Shown here one piece after another: positions 30,304 through 39,949 of a DNA stretch of 64,000 nucleotides (position 1 is its first letter; each line of letters begins with the position of its first letter). Source of the DNA: a virus (taxonomy: Duplodnaviria > Caudoviricetes); the IMG/VR virus record IMGVR_UViG_3300009194_000005, positions 52,525 through 116,524 of that record; one strand, given 5' to 3'. The notes below the pieces were generated by a model. The model worked only from the letters and a program-made list of their open reading frames with translations, made no database searches and was not told the DNA's origin. The position numbers and the translations under genes are program-made.

Positions 30304-31038
30304 TCACCAATCACCAAACCCTTCAACGTCGCCAAAGTCACCAGCACCGCCGCCGCTGTTACCACCCCCGCGGTTCTGCTGATAGTTACCACCACCACCG
30401 CCACGGTTCTGTTGGTAGCCACCGCCACCTTGTCCACCGCCCTGTTGTTGGGACGGTGCTTTTGCAACGTTCTTCGCGTCAGGGTTGAATTCGCTGCAGA
30501 GCAGGTGATACACAATCGGTGCATACGCTTTCACGAAGCCCTTGGCGTACGCATTGGAAAGTTCTTCAGCGGTCAGTTCACTGCCATCACCCCGTTTGAT
30601 GTTGTGGAACTTTGAAGGACCAAAGAAGAACTGAATCTTCGGACGGTTATACCCCAGCACTGCCATGAAAACCTTACCACTCTGGCGATCCCGACCTACC
30701 TTGACCGTCGCGATGGTCACCGGTTTATCTAGCTTCTTACCGGCAATGAAATCATCGATAAACTCGATGTCGTAAGTCTCATTACCCCCTTCGGCCAGTT
30801 CATCGATCTTGTTCATGATCACTGAGAACGTACCCAGATCACAGTTGAAGTCGATGCGGCCATTGTTCTTGTCGTCAGGAACATTAGTCTTGACCACAAA
30901 ACGCGGGACGTTACCGATCACTTTTACCCGGAGATTAGGACGCTTAGTTGCGCCAGCAACAGGATCACCAAACATCCAGGTAGACATCACATCGAGAGGG
31001 GTGGGGGTAATCGGGGCACGATTAGGCTGTTCGGCCAT
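30304..31038 (-). CDS. ChmC-like nucleic-acid-binding protein (phiKZ gp67-like)
   Basis: 244 aa with a G/N/Q-rich low-complexity tail ending in an acidic-aromatic tip; synteny. Confidence 0.6.
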   Translation of the reverse strand: MAEQPNRAPITPTPLDVMSTWMFGDPVAGATKRPNLRVKVIGNVPRFVVKTNVPDDKNNGRIDFNCDLGTFSVIMNKIDELAEGGNETYDIEFIDDFIAGKKLDKPVTIATVKVGRDRQSGKVFMAVLGYNRPKIQFFFGPSKFHNIKRGDGSELTAEELSNAYAKGFVKAYAPIVYHLLCSEFNPDAKNVAKAPSQQQGGGQGGGGYQQNRGGGGGNYQQNRGGGNSGGGAGDFGDVEGFGDW

Positions 31039-31146
31039 GGGAGACTCCGGAGTCAGTTTGAAGTTTGGACGCTATAGTCCCTAAGGGCCCAGAGATGGGC
31101 ATTACGCTGCGCAGGCGTTCATTACATTAACGCAGTGAGTAGTTTT

Positions 31147-31986
31147 CTACCCACGGCTCATGAGTTCATGAAAGGTCTTTCTAAGTAACTCACCGCCGTA
31201 ACGATCAAGATCATGACGAATCTTCTCTACGGTGGTCACTGCGGTCCAACGACGCGTTTCCCCGATCTGTTTGACTTCGTCCCGAAGCTTCTTGGGGAAA
31301 GCATCAAACACGGTACCTTCACCGAAAAGCTGTAGGGTGAAGGCATTGAAGGGTAAATGGTCTTCTTCTTTCACCCCTTTGAGCTTAGTATACCACTGTG
31401 TATAGGATTTCAGTTTCCCGGTGTGGGATTCCAACAGGAACAAGCTCTGGAACTGGAAACGCCAAAGGAGTTCATGGGGATGATGGGTGAGAATCGCCAC
31501 CACCCCGGGCTGTGTGCTGGGTTCTCGCTTGATTTCAGTGAGGTCCACTTGATGTTCTTTCAAAGCCTGATACAGATGTGTGAGTGTCAGTGCTTCTAAC
31601 TGATGGCGTGACTTCTGCTTATCGGTGTGGGGCTCTTTGTAATTGGCGTGAGGGAACCGCCATTTCAATTCATCCAGACTGGACAAATAGATGGTCGATG
31701 TGATACGTCCTTGGGTTTCCTGTAAGAGGATCGTGGGGATAACCTGGCACTCTACCACTAAGGTGTCAATAGCCTGACTCAAATCGAGGGCGTCGATCTG
31801 TTGTGTCGTCATGGAGGCGTAAAAATTACGCACCAACGTCCTCAAATTAAACCAAACATGCCGTATCCGTTTAAAGCCCGGCGGCATGCGGGCTTGATTC
31901 GGGTGACGCTGAAGGAGTCCTTCAATCGCTAGCGATGTGCCGATCGAGATCGGGAAAGCTCCCGTCTCGCGCTCCAGATACTCCAT
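31147..31986 (-). CDS. conserved protein (phiKZ gp66-like)
   Basis: RETGAFPISIGTSLAIEGL and LLESHTG motifs; synteny. Confidence 0.7.
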   Translation of the reverse strand: MEYLERETGAFPISIGTSLAIEGLLQRHPNQARMPPGFKRIRHVWFNLRTLVRNFYASMTTQQIDALDLSQAIDTLVVECQVIPTILLQETQGRITSTIYLSSLDELKWRFPHANYKEPHTDKQKSRHQLEALTLTHLYQALKEHQVDLTEIKREPSTQPGVVAILTHHPHELLWRFQFQSLFLLESHTGKLKSYTQWYTKLKGVKEEDHLPFNAFTLQLFGEGTVFDAFPKKLRDEVKQIGETRRWTAVTTVEKIRHDLDRYGGELLRKTFHELMSRG

Positions 31987-31994
31987 GGTATCTC

Positions 31995-33140
31995 CTAGGT
32001 CAACTCAGCAAGCAGCTCCTGACACCGTCGTTTGGTTATCTCATCAGGCGCATGCTTATCCAGTTCGGTGGCCACGAGTTGGTCGATCGTGGTCTTGTCA
32101 ATGGGGACAAAGGTATCAATGTCCATCTTAAGAACACTATCCAGAGTCGTTTTCGCCGATGTCTCTGATTTCTCGATTTTCGGCGGTGTCCACTCTATTT
32201 CAGGATACTGTTGCTTGATAGCCTCTATATCGCCCACAACAGGGCTGTGCTGCTCGACATGAAGACGGGCGGCACTTCCCTTGGGTAAATCCTTTAACGC
32301 CTTCCTGATGGCCACGTTGGCCTGTTTCACGTCCATCCCACGGCAATCGATAGTCACATACCGCTTCGCGCCCTGGTTTTCCAGAAACGTGATGGAATAG
32401 TCCTCGGGAGAACGCACACTAACGTCGTAGCACCCTTTTGGATACTCTTCGTTGTGACAGATCCGATCGAACGACCCGGCAGCAAGAATCCGCTCCTTCT
32501 GTGTCGGGTGGTGCACGTGACCAATCAGGATAAAGTAACGCACCATGTCCAGGTATTCCTGGCTATCATGAGTCGGCTCCTTTACTACATCAGGTAGCTG
32601 GTACTCGAAAGCCCCATGCATGATAGCAAAATCCACCTTCTCCAACTGATGCTGTTTCAATAACGCCTTAACTTCATGAAGTGTTTCGGTGGTGTCAGGC
32701 CGCCATTTATCCGGCACATACAGAATGGTGATGCCGAACTTCTCATTGTGCTCAATGGATAGGGTTGTGGCGTAATGGATATCCACCGGGATATTGGCGT
32801 TGTCTGCCTGCTCGATGAAGAAGCGTGACTGAAGGCGGTCATGGGAGGGAGTACCCTCGACAATCCTCACCGCAACATTCAGACGGGCGCAGCGGAAGAG
32901 CAGTCGGGTAATCCAACGGTTAATCCGGTGGACGTTATCATCGGCATTATGAAGCAGTTTATCGAACACATCCCCGGTGATCTTGAGCATGTCGACGTCT
33001 TTCAGTCGTGACTCACTTACCGCGTACGTATCCAGGTTCCGAATCATCATCTCGGTGGGGGTCGAGCTATGCCCGAGATGAATATCCCCAATGCTGATGA
33101 AACGGAAAACACCGGGGCGTTTTGTGTTCTTAATCATCAT
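31995..33140 (-). CDS. sbcD: SbcD/Mre11-like metallophosphoesterase nuclease
   Basis: GDIHLG, TGDVFD, GTPSHD, MHG and GHVH motifs. Confidence 0.88.
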   Translation of the reverse strand: MMIKNTKRPGVFRFISIGDIHLGHSSTPTEMMIRNLDTYAVSESRLKDVDMLKITGDVFDKLLHNADDNVHRINRWITRLLFRCARLNVAVRIVEGTPSHDRLQSRFFIEQADNANIPVDIHYATTLSIEHNEKFGITILYVPDKWRPDTTETLHEVKALLKQHQLEKVDFAIMHGAFEYQLPDVVKEPTHDSQEYLDMVRYFILIGHVHHPTQKERILAAGSFDRICHNEEYPKGCYDVSVRSPEDYSITFLENQGAKRYVTIDCRGMDVKQANVAIRKALKDLPKGSAARLHVEQHSPVVGDIEAIKQQYPEIEWTPPKIEKSETSAKTTLDSVLKMDIDTFVPIDKTTIDQLVATELDKHAPDEITKRRCQELLAELT

Positions 33141-33690
33141 ATTCCTCAGAGAACGATGAGTTTGATGACGACGCAGGAGATGTTGGTGTTGCGGGCATTG
33201 TCGGGCTACCGTTCGGGAGCGCCACCATCTGTCGATTATACCGGGCCAGAATCTCTTGGATGGGGTAGATCACTACCTGCAGGTAGTTGGGACTCCGGGT
33301 CATGTTCATCATGAAATCCCGAATCTTCTCGATCAGATTGCGACCACCCAACTCAATGTCGCGGGTCAGGCTATTCATAAACTGCTCTGCGGTCATGCCC
33401 GACCCATAAGGGATGGTGGTCACCGGGCTCTGCACCAGGGCAGGTACCGTGAATAGAATACGAAGACGATCGTTGTTATCCACCACATTGAGTGGCTTTG
33501 TCAGCTCACCCACATACAGACTGTAGCGGTAAAGGGCATCTTGCCCAAACGGGTTTTCCAGAATGTCCAAGACTTCCATCTGGAATTGATACTCGGAGAT
33601 CACAGGCATTACCCGACGCTCTTCTTCGAGAATCACGTCCAGGGCATTGCCCAGAATAAGTTGATCGTAGGTCTTGGTCTCGGATGTCAT
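33130..33690 (-). CDS. conserved hypothetical protein
   Basis: 186 aa, overlaps the sbcD start. Confidence 0.7.
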   Translation of the reverse strand: MTSETKTYDQLILGNALDVILEEERRVMPVISEYQFQMEVLDILENPFGQDALYRYSLYVGELTKPLNVVDNNDRLRILFTVPALVQSPVTTIPYGSGMTAEQFMNSLTRDIELGGRNLIEKIRDFMMNMTRSPNYLQVVIYPIQEILARYNRQMVALPNGSPTMPATPTSPASSSNSSFSEEYDD

Positions 33691-33754
33691 GGTTACACCT
33701 TACACGTAATAAAGCCACCAACCCTTCCGGCTGGTGGCGATGACAAAATTGCGG

Positions 33755-34192
33755 TTACCGATCAACGTACACATTGACCTTGTACATACCGCCGACATTA
33801 CCTTTTGTGTCCAGATAGTTGGACAGGGCGGTAGTATCTACCCCGGAGAGCCCTACCGGCACCATCCCATCATCGGTCTGTTTATAGAGCACCGGCTCCT
33901 CGCTTTTGGTGGTGAGGAAAAGCGTTGCCTCATTTTCCGCTTCTTCTTCCGGTACAGAACGAATCGTGGTGGGGTAGACGATGCGTTCTTTAATCCCACG
34001 GCCCTGCTGGACCATAGTCACTCCCAACATCTCTAGGAACTCCGCCATCATTTGCTGATTGCGTTGACGCTCCACATTAAGACGTTCGGTCAAGGACGCT
34101 ACCTGGGTCTCCAACTCTTGTAACCGCATCTCTTGCCGTTCTTCACTGGAGGGCTCGGCGGGCGGTAGCTCTGAAATCTTCTCGTGAGGCAT
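33755..34192 (-). CDS. hypothetical coiled-coil protein
   Basis: Packed ORF; start uncertain. Confidence 0.6.
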   Translation of the reverse strand: MPHEKISELPPAEPSSEERQEMRLQELETQVASLTERLNVERQRNQQMMAEFLEMLGVTMVQQGRGIKERIVYPTTIRSVPEEEAENEATLFLTTKSEEPVLYKQTDDGMVPVGLSGVDTTALSNYLDTKGNVGGMYKVNVYVDR

Positions 34193-34199
34193 ATGGGTA

Positions 34200-34607
34200 T
34201 CATCCGTTATTGATTTTGGCAATCTTAACTAACTTGCCGTTAATAAACTCAACGCGTCTCCCCAAGGAGACACTGCGGGTACCTTCTCGTACGATACAGG
34301 AAAAGAGTATTGTTAGATGACCGGGATTCTCTTCCGGATTCGTTTCTCTAACCGTAACTTCCACTTCAGTCTGGTCGCCGAAGTAGCGGCGCATCAGACC
34401 TTCCAATACAACTCGGATTTCGTTTTCTAAAGTGATCTCGTCTTTGCTGTATTGCTTCACCAACCACTGGAGGGATGAAATCTGTCCGTAGTAAAGAACC
34501 GATTGGGAATACTCGCTGGTAATGAAGTAAGACAGGGCGTAATCGCCTTTCTCTTCGATCGTATCGACCCACCCGAGGGTCGATAGCGTGGGAACCTTGG
34601 TGGCCAT
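34200..34607 (-). CDS. conserved phage protein (gp62-like, baseplate wedge gp25-like)
   Basis: VPTLSTLGWV...SEYSQS..Y.G.ISSL. Confidence 0.6.
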   Translation of the reverse strand: MATKVPTLSTLGWVDTIEEKGDYALSYFITSEYSQSVLYYGQISSLQWLVKQYSKDEITLENEIRVVLEGLMRRYFGDQTEVEVTVRETNPEENPGHLTILFSCIVREGTRSVSLGRRVEFINGKLVKIAKINNG

Positions 34608-34700
34608 AATGATCTCACAGTGAATAGGTTTGCATACTATCTCACTGGGAAGTCAAAAAATAAAGGGAGGGTCACCCCTCCCCGCCCCAGAGGGCTTATT

Positions 34701-35174
34701 CTAACCTCTGTTTCCTAGCGCCACGCCCATCAAACGGTGGGCGAGCCCAAGGAGTTCAGAGTCTAGTTCTCGATGTTCCGTTCCGCCTTCAGTTTCATTG
34801 AGGTACTCGTTGAGCATCTCCACCAATCTTTCCCGGCTGGGGTCAGCCTCTTCTTCCATGGCTTCCATGACATGGCTGCCCAGTGTGGGCTGACGCTCCA
34901 CTAGGAGTCCCGCCCCCGCCATCAGGCTCCTCACCTGGCCGTCACGGTCCCGATAGACAACCGCCAAGGAGTCATGAGAGAGTACCTGACACCCAATGTT
35001 CTCGAGGATCTCTTTGATCTTTTGGGCGTTCGTGAGAGGCAGCATGGAGACATTCCATGGCCGAATTGCGTCGGATGCCAACACATAGAACTGCGTATTG
35101 GGTAAGTATCCGGCAATGTACTGTTGGTTGATTGCTTCTACGTCGTTCTGTGGGATACGCTTGAATTGTGCCAT
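34701..35174 (-). CDS. hypothetical protein
   Basis: AAGGAG RBS, 157 aa. Confidence 0.7.
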   Translation of the reverse strand: MAQFKRIPQNDVEAINQQYIAGYLPNTQFYVLASDAIRPWNVSMLPLTNAQKIKEILENIGCQVLSHDSLAVVYRDRDGQVRSLMAGAGLLVERQPTLGSHVMEAMEEEADPSRERLVEMLNEYLNETEGGTEHRELDSELLGLAHRLMGVALGNRG

Positions 35175-35370
35175 GTCGTTCTCCTTTACTCATCCGGGTC
35201 TTTCAGTCCCGTCATCACTGCGGCTTGGTGGGACGGGTAGCCTTCGGCAATAAGGTCACGATAGGCGCGGTAGTCGGGCCCATAACCTAATTGGAAATGG
35301 TCTTCACACAGGTCATGGCCTTCCAGCTGTTGTTGTCGGCAACCCGGAATACCGCACCGTTGATTTAGCG

Positions 35371-35721
35371 TCACAGGTACTCCTCCGTATAGGCAACAAT
35401 GGGAAGGAGGGCACCGGACATACAAGGGATTGCAAGATTGCCCCAAATCTCCATTAAGCCACTATCCAACTCCTCGACTGGGGCGTTGATCTCTCTTGCG
35501 TAATCCGTGATAAGTACGTGTTTGAAGGTATTCTCTTGCGTTAGTCGGTATATGTGAACGACGTCGTTTCTGTCGACGTTGATCCAGATCACGGGTAGTG
35601 CATTAATACCGCTCAATTGGTTAACGTCGTATCGGCGAATTTGAAGAAGCCTGTCTTTCTTTTTCCCTACCAACATGGCTCGAGCGGGGTAGGTAATTTC
35701 TCTTTCTTCGTTGGTGATCAT
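35371..35721 (-). CDS. hypothetical protein
   Basis: AGGAG RBS, 116 aa. Confidence 0.6.
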   Translation of the reverse strand: MITNEEREITYPARAMLVGKKKDRLLQIRRYDVNQLSGINALPVIWINVDRNDVVHIYRLTQENTFKHVLITDYAREINAPVEELDSGLMEIWGNLAIPCMSGALLPIVAYTEEYL

Positions 35722-35774
35722 CTCAATGCTCCTAACGACAGAAGGGGGAGCATTTCGCTCCCCCCAAACTTTAG

Positions 35775-36455
35775 TTACTCAACACTCAATGTAGTACTTA
35801 CCACCACCGTCTGCGGTTCTTCCTTCCACGGATCGCGACGAAATGCCGTTGCCATTTTATCTGTGAAGGAAGGGTCCAGTTCCACCGTGGGAAACTCGTT
35901 GGTGTTGGCGTTGTTGCAATACACCAATTCCTCGAGTTCTTCAGCAAACAGTGCTGCGTCACCGGCGTTCCAGTGGTCAATATCAGGGATCGACAGATGG
36001 CAAGAGAACACCTCTCTGGGTTTAGTGACTTTTCTCAGGTTTTTATTGACGTCGTAAGTGCGCGCCATGGCCCGAAAACGGATTACTGACTCCCCTTCCC
36101 AACCTGCACGTATACGATCAAAACGAAACTCCATCACGTAGTCGTTGGGGTTGAGGGCATCCAGTGCCACCACCGCTTGGTTGTATTTCTTGGCGACCGT
36201 CGCTTTGGGTTTCACCAAGAAAACACACATCCCCAACACCACTTGGGGAATGCATCCTTGCGGGAAGCTCTTCTCCACCATCCGTCGATGGACGTACTCC
36301 GCATTACTTTCGATGGGGTTTTCGTAGTGAACAACCCCATGGTCCCAATCACCGTCGAGGAGATGGGTTACGGTCTTCTCATCGACCAGGTTGTCGATGG
36401 TGGTGGCACTCAGCACTTTGGTCAGAGCACCGAAGATAGGATCGTTGATACGCAT
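35775..36455 (-). CDS. hypothetical protein
   Basis: GAGGT RBS, 226 aa. Confidence 0.7.
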   Translation of the reverse strand: MRINDPIFGALTKVLSATTIDNLVDEKTVTHLLDGDWDHGVVHYENPIESNAEYVHRRMVEKSFPQGCIPQVVLGMCVFLVKPKATVAKKYNQAVVALDALNPNDYVMEFRFDRIRAGWEGESVIRFRAMARTYDVNKNLRKVTKPREVFSCHLSIPDIDHWNAGDAALFAEELEELVYCNNANTNEFPTVELDPSFTDKMATAFRRDPWKEEPQTVVVSTTLSVE

Positions 36456-36577
36456 GATAAATACCTCTGGTTGGGCATTGGTTTGTGGGTTGGTGGATTA
36501 ACATGTGCCGCCCATCTCACCGTTGGGCTGTCTGATGGACGACACACACGACAGGGCGACTCACGCCGCCCAAGGGG

Positions 36578-37198
36578 TTATAGGGGGTTACCGTACGGAC
36601 TGGTGGGGTCTTCGTCCCCTTCTTCCAGGTAATGCTTGACCAGATCCCAGGTATCAAGGATATCAAGTTTCTCATGGAAGTTGAGTTCACGCTCCCCTTC
36701 CTCAAGGTCGTCGATATAAATCCTAGCTACCCAGTCTTCGTCGTCGTTGGTGGTTTCCACGATGCCATTCATCACACGACGATAATCGTAGTGGTCACGC
36801 CCCACCGCGTCTCCGTGATGGTTAATGTACTGGTCATCGTAGCCTTCCACTTCCTGATTCAAATACCGTTGACGCAGTGTGGGCTCGGCCATGATCCACC
36901 GCTGCATCACCGGACCTGCGGTTTGGAGGCTCTCCAGAGACCGCAGGGGCTGTATCAGGTTACCGCTCCAGACGTTGTCATGCTTTGTTCTCAGGTTCCT
37001 CAACATCTGTAATGCTTGGGATTCTGAGATCGTCTGATAGAGGTTACGCGCTTGGTCAAGGAAGGTCTGTCCGGTTTGCGACAGGGTCTGTCGTACGGTA
37101 TTAGAGTGGTGTTGGAACCACTCCTTAGTGGAGGAGTCTAGCATTCCCCCACCGAGGGCATCGATAAGATCCCCACCCCCTTCGACATATACTGCCAT
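36578..37198 (-). CDS. conserved protein (phiKZ gp59-like)
   Basis: LQTAGPVMQRWIMAEP..GY..Y..DYRRVM.G..DPTS; follows the beta' N gene. Confidence 0.7.
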   Translation of the reverse strand: MAVYVEGGGDLIDALGGGMLDSSTKEWFQHHSNTVRQTLSQTGQTFLDQARNLYQTISESQALQMLRNLRTKHDNVWSGNLIQPLRSLESLQTAGPVMQRWIMAEPTLRQRYLNQEVEGYDDQYINHHGDAVGRDHYDYRRVMNGIVETTNDDEDWVARIYIDDLEEGERELNFHEKLDILDTWDLVKHYLEEGDEDPTSPYGNPL

Positions 37199-37210
37199 AG
37201 TGTCCTTCCT

Positions 37211-37393
37211 TTAGTTAGGTAAGTAATCCTCATGAAGCCAGTTCACTACCGTATCTACCACGGGTCCCTGGAGTTCCAGGTTCCCTGAGATGGTGTGAGG
37301 GTCATCGGGCGACAACACCCACAGGTGGGGTGCTAACCGACTGGTGGCTTCCTTGAGATGGTTATCCAAGATCAAGATGAGATTGAGCTGATC
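37211..37393 (-). CDS. nvRNAP beta' N-terminal subunit, exon 4
   Basis: Starts with GAT (last D of NADFDGD) followed by QLNLILI, after an intron-terminal G. Confidence 0.88.
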   Translation of the reverse strand, partial: DQLNLILILDNHLKEATSRLAPHLWVLSPDDPHTISGNLELQGPVVDTVVNWLHEDYLPN

Positions 37394-37750
37394 CGTTCGC
37401 ATTGTACACATGAATGTGCTTTTACATCGAGTCGCTACACCCGACCGTCATTGTTGTCCAGACAACAACGTTCCGACAGTTTCCTACCGGACGAGACTAT
37501 ATCTTCACTCCCATGGGGAGGTCTCCCATTTCGGGCCGTCAATCGCTTACGTGCCCTACTCCGCTCCCGCGGATAGTCGTTGAACGTTCACCCTATCCAG
37601 TCTCACGACAGTACGTAGGTGCTTCGCTGCTGATTGCCCAATCTTGATTGTTCTCAAGCTTTCACGCTTACCGTTTCCAGTCACGTTGTAGCCAATCAAG
37701 CTCTAAGGGGTTTCCAGCAATTAGAGAGATTTAACGACAGCTTTTCTCAA
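37394..37750 (-). ncRNA. group I intron 3 of the beta' gene (357 nt)
   Basis: AATTGCTGGAAA, GGCAATCAGCAGCGAAG, GTTCAACGACTA and AAGATATAGTCT. IGS GCTGTC pairs with exon GACGGT. Confidence 0.9.
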
Positions 37751-37759
37751 ACCGTCAAA
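37751..37759 (-). CDS. nvRNAP beta' exon 3: 9-nt micro-exon TTTGACGGT (Phe-Asp-Gly)
   Basis: Flanked by the terminal G of intron 2 and P1 of intron 3; supplies the FDG of NADFDGD. Confidence 0.88.
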
Positions 37760-38116
37760 CGTTGTGTTCAGTTGTCCTCGCTACAGGACAACCCGCCTAA
37801 TTCGCTGTCTCTCGACAGGTACGGGCTGCTGCATGTCTTCCATGCAGACCAGACCATATCTTCTTCCCCGTGGGAAGCCTCCCGTTTCCCCGCCGCTTAG
37901 CAGGTACTCCGCGCTACCGGATGGTCGTTGAACGTTCCTCCTAGTCCGTCTCCCGACGGTCCGTAGAGGCTTCGCTGCTGATTGCCCAATCCCCACACTT
38001 GTCGAACCGTCGACAACTGCTTTCGCGTTGCCTGTGGTAGTGAGGCTCTCAGGGGTTCCCAGCAATTAGAGAGGTTATCATCCAACCATTACTGATTGGT
38101 GAGACTAGGTATTCCT
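37760..38116 (-). ncRNA. group I intron 2 of the beta' gene (357 nt)
   Basis: AATTGCTGGGAA, GGCAATCAGCAGCGAAG, GTTCAACGACCA and AAGATATGGTCT (compensated P7); U|...G| junctions. Confidence 0.9.
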
Positions 38117-38230
38117 ATCAGCGTTTGGAGCCCTTAAACATAAGACGCTCAATGAGGTCGTGTTGACGTGTACGTCCGTCTTCACCTTGGTGATGAAGAA
38201 CTGCTGCATGGAGCCACGCTGCAGAGTTGG
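38117..38230 (-). CDS. nvRNAP beta' exon 2 (38 aa, PTLQRGS...RAPNAD)
   Basis: Not in the ORF track. Supplies the PTL of the RxPTL motif and the NAD of the active site. Confidence 0.9.
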
Positions 38231-39949
38231 CGAATCTTCAGGTAGGTCGTTAATCTACCCCGCCACCTGTCTACCTCACGGTACTCAGGCGCGGCTCTAG
38301 GTTTTCCCTAGAAGACGAGACTATATCTTCACCTTCAGCATGACCTGGTCAGGTGCTCCCCATTTCGAGACCACTTGGTCCCTACTCTACTCGGTTCACT
38401 GAAAAGTGCCTTTCGATAGTCGTTGAACGTTCCCCGTAGGCGCTCTGTGAGCGCCCGTAGGGGCTTCGCTGCTAAAGGGGTGGTTCCCACCCACGGTCGC
38501 CCATTTTGTCCCGCAGGACGCATCCGTGTCGTTATTAGACCATCATGTCTTTTAGCCGGCCCTTTCGGGCAACATTGTGGTGACACAGCTTTAGGGGGTC
38601 CCAGCAGTTAGAGGAGTTTTGTCGAGCAGTGTTTCCACTGCAAGGAAACCTTAGTGTTAGAGAAATGTAATACTATACCCGTTGAGTCCCGTAGCCTTAA
38701 ATTTATTCCTTAGGGAGTCTGGGTCTTTTCCGATAGACCTCGCGAATACAGGGAATGATGGATAGTATTCGGTGGTGTTCGAGATCAAATCGGTTACTTT
38801 TACAATTTTCCCAATGTTGGGAAGTCTACCTTCAATGCTGAATTTTATCTTTAGTGGGTGGTGATCGATAAATTCACGCTCATCTTCGATGCGTTTAATG
38901 GAATACCCATCGACCAAGTTAAGTGTTCCTTCGTTAATCTGGGAACGTAACCTATTAACTGCTACGCCGGTATCCTTGGATGCCTCAGTGATATAACGAT
39001 ACTCTTTCACTGTACCGTCTCGGTAATCCTTCACCAGATACCCGCCGGTTAGGCTTTCTGCTGTTCTACTATCTATCAATTTACTGTATTGATTAACTGA
39101 CGACTGGACTTCTTCTTCGGTTACGGACAATAATGTTTCTTTATAATTCGGGTCTCCTTTTTCCCAGATAAAACACCCTCGAATTAACTTACGTTTCGGG
39201 TTGGTGATGTAATCATGGATTGAACCCGCGCTTATGCCCAAAATGTAAGCTAGGTGAGAAATTGTTTCGGAAACCACGAATTGTCCGTTGACAAAATCTA
39301 CCGAACAAACCACTTTGTTGGTATTAAATTTAGCCGCCTTGTAATGAACCAAGTCGAAAGTATAACGTCCTTTATACTTCTTTGTCTTATAGCGGGTAAG
39401 GAAGACCATCCCAGTAGCCCCAGTAATACCGAAATGCTCTAGGCATCTCTTAAGGGTGGGAAAGGTCATTTCTGTTCCCTCTCTATGATCGAACACCCGA
39501 ACAATACCTCGATGTTGATTGAGTCCGGTTTCATAGGCATGTTTAACGTTATCGGACCGACTCATCCATTCAAGGTTGTCTTCGTTGTTATTGTGTTTGT
39601 TGCCATCGATGTGGTTTGTGTCAACTTTAGGGTATTCGTCCGGTATACCATGGAAAGCCAGACAGACTAACCGATGAACCCCAACCCAACGACGTACTTT
39701 GTCTTCATCCTTAGTCGTAAATATTTACGACTAAGTAGGTACCTTTAGAGGTTTCATCCTCCTGTTGACTTATTATTAATCCCTTTTTATTTCGAATCTC
39801 TCCTGTAGGCGAAGCCTGATAGTTCGGGAAGAACGGTATATTTACCCATTCGATCACATGTACACCTCCGTCAATATTTTGACTGATTAGGACACCACTC
39901 CTTCCAGTCAACAATCGATACTAACTTACATTTCTCTATCAGCTATTCA
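38231..39949 (-). ncRNA. group I intron 1 of the beta' gene (1719 nt) carrying an HNH endonuclease gene in the P1 loop
   Basis: Ribozyme core at about 38231-38650. IGS GTTTC (38645-38649) pairs with exon end GAAAT; splicing joins FSRN to PTLQR. Confidence 0.9.
38657..39857 (-). pseudogene. NUMOD4-HNH homing endonuclease, frameshifted near 39715
   Basis: WVNIPFFPNYQAS..G.IR (NUMOD4) lies in one frame and VHRLVCLAF..NHIDGNK.NN...NLEW (HNH) in the +1 frame, which continues into the 302-aa ORF. GGAGG plus GTG start. Confidence 0.8.

Noticed and set aside
37394-38116. Introns 2 and 3 as a tandem duplication or assembly artefact (both 357 nt)
   Set aside because: They differ throughout the peripheral stems and guide sequences, each fits its own junction, and the equal length appears coincidental.
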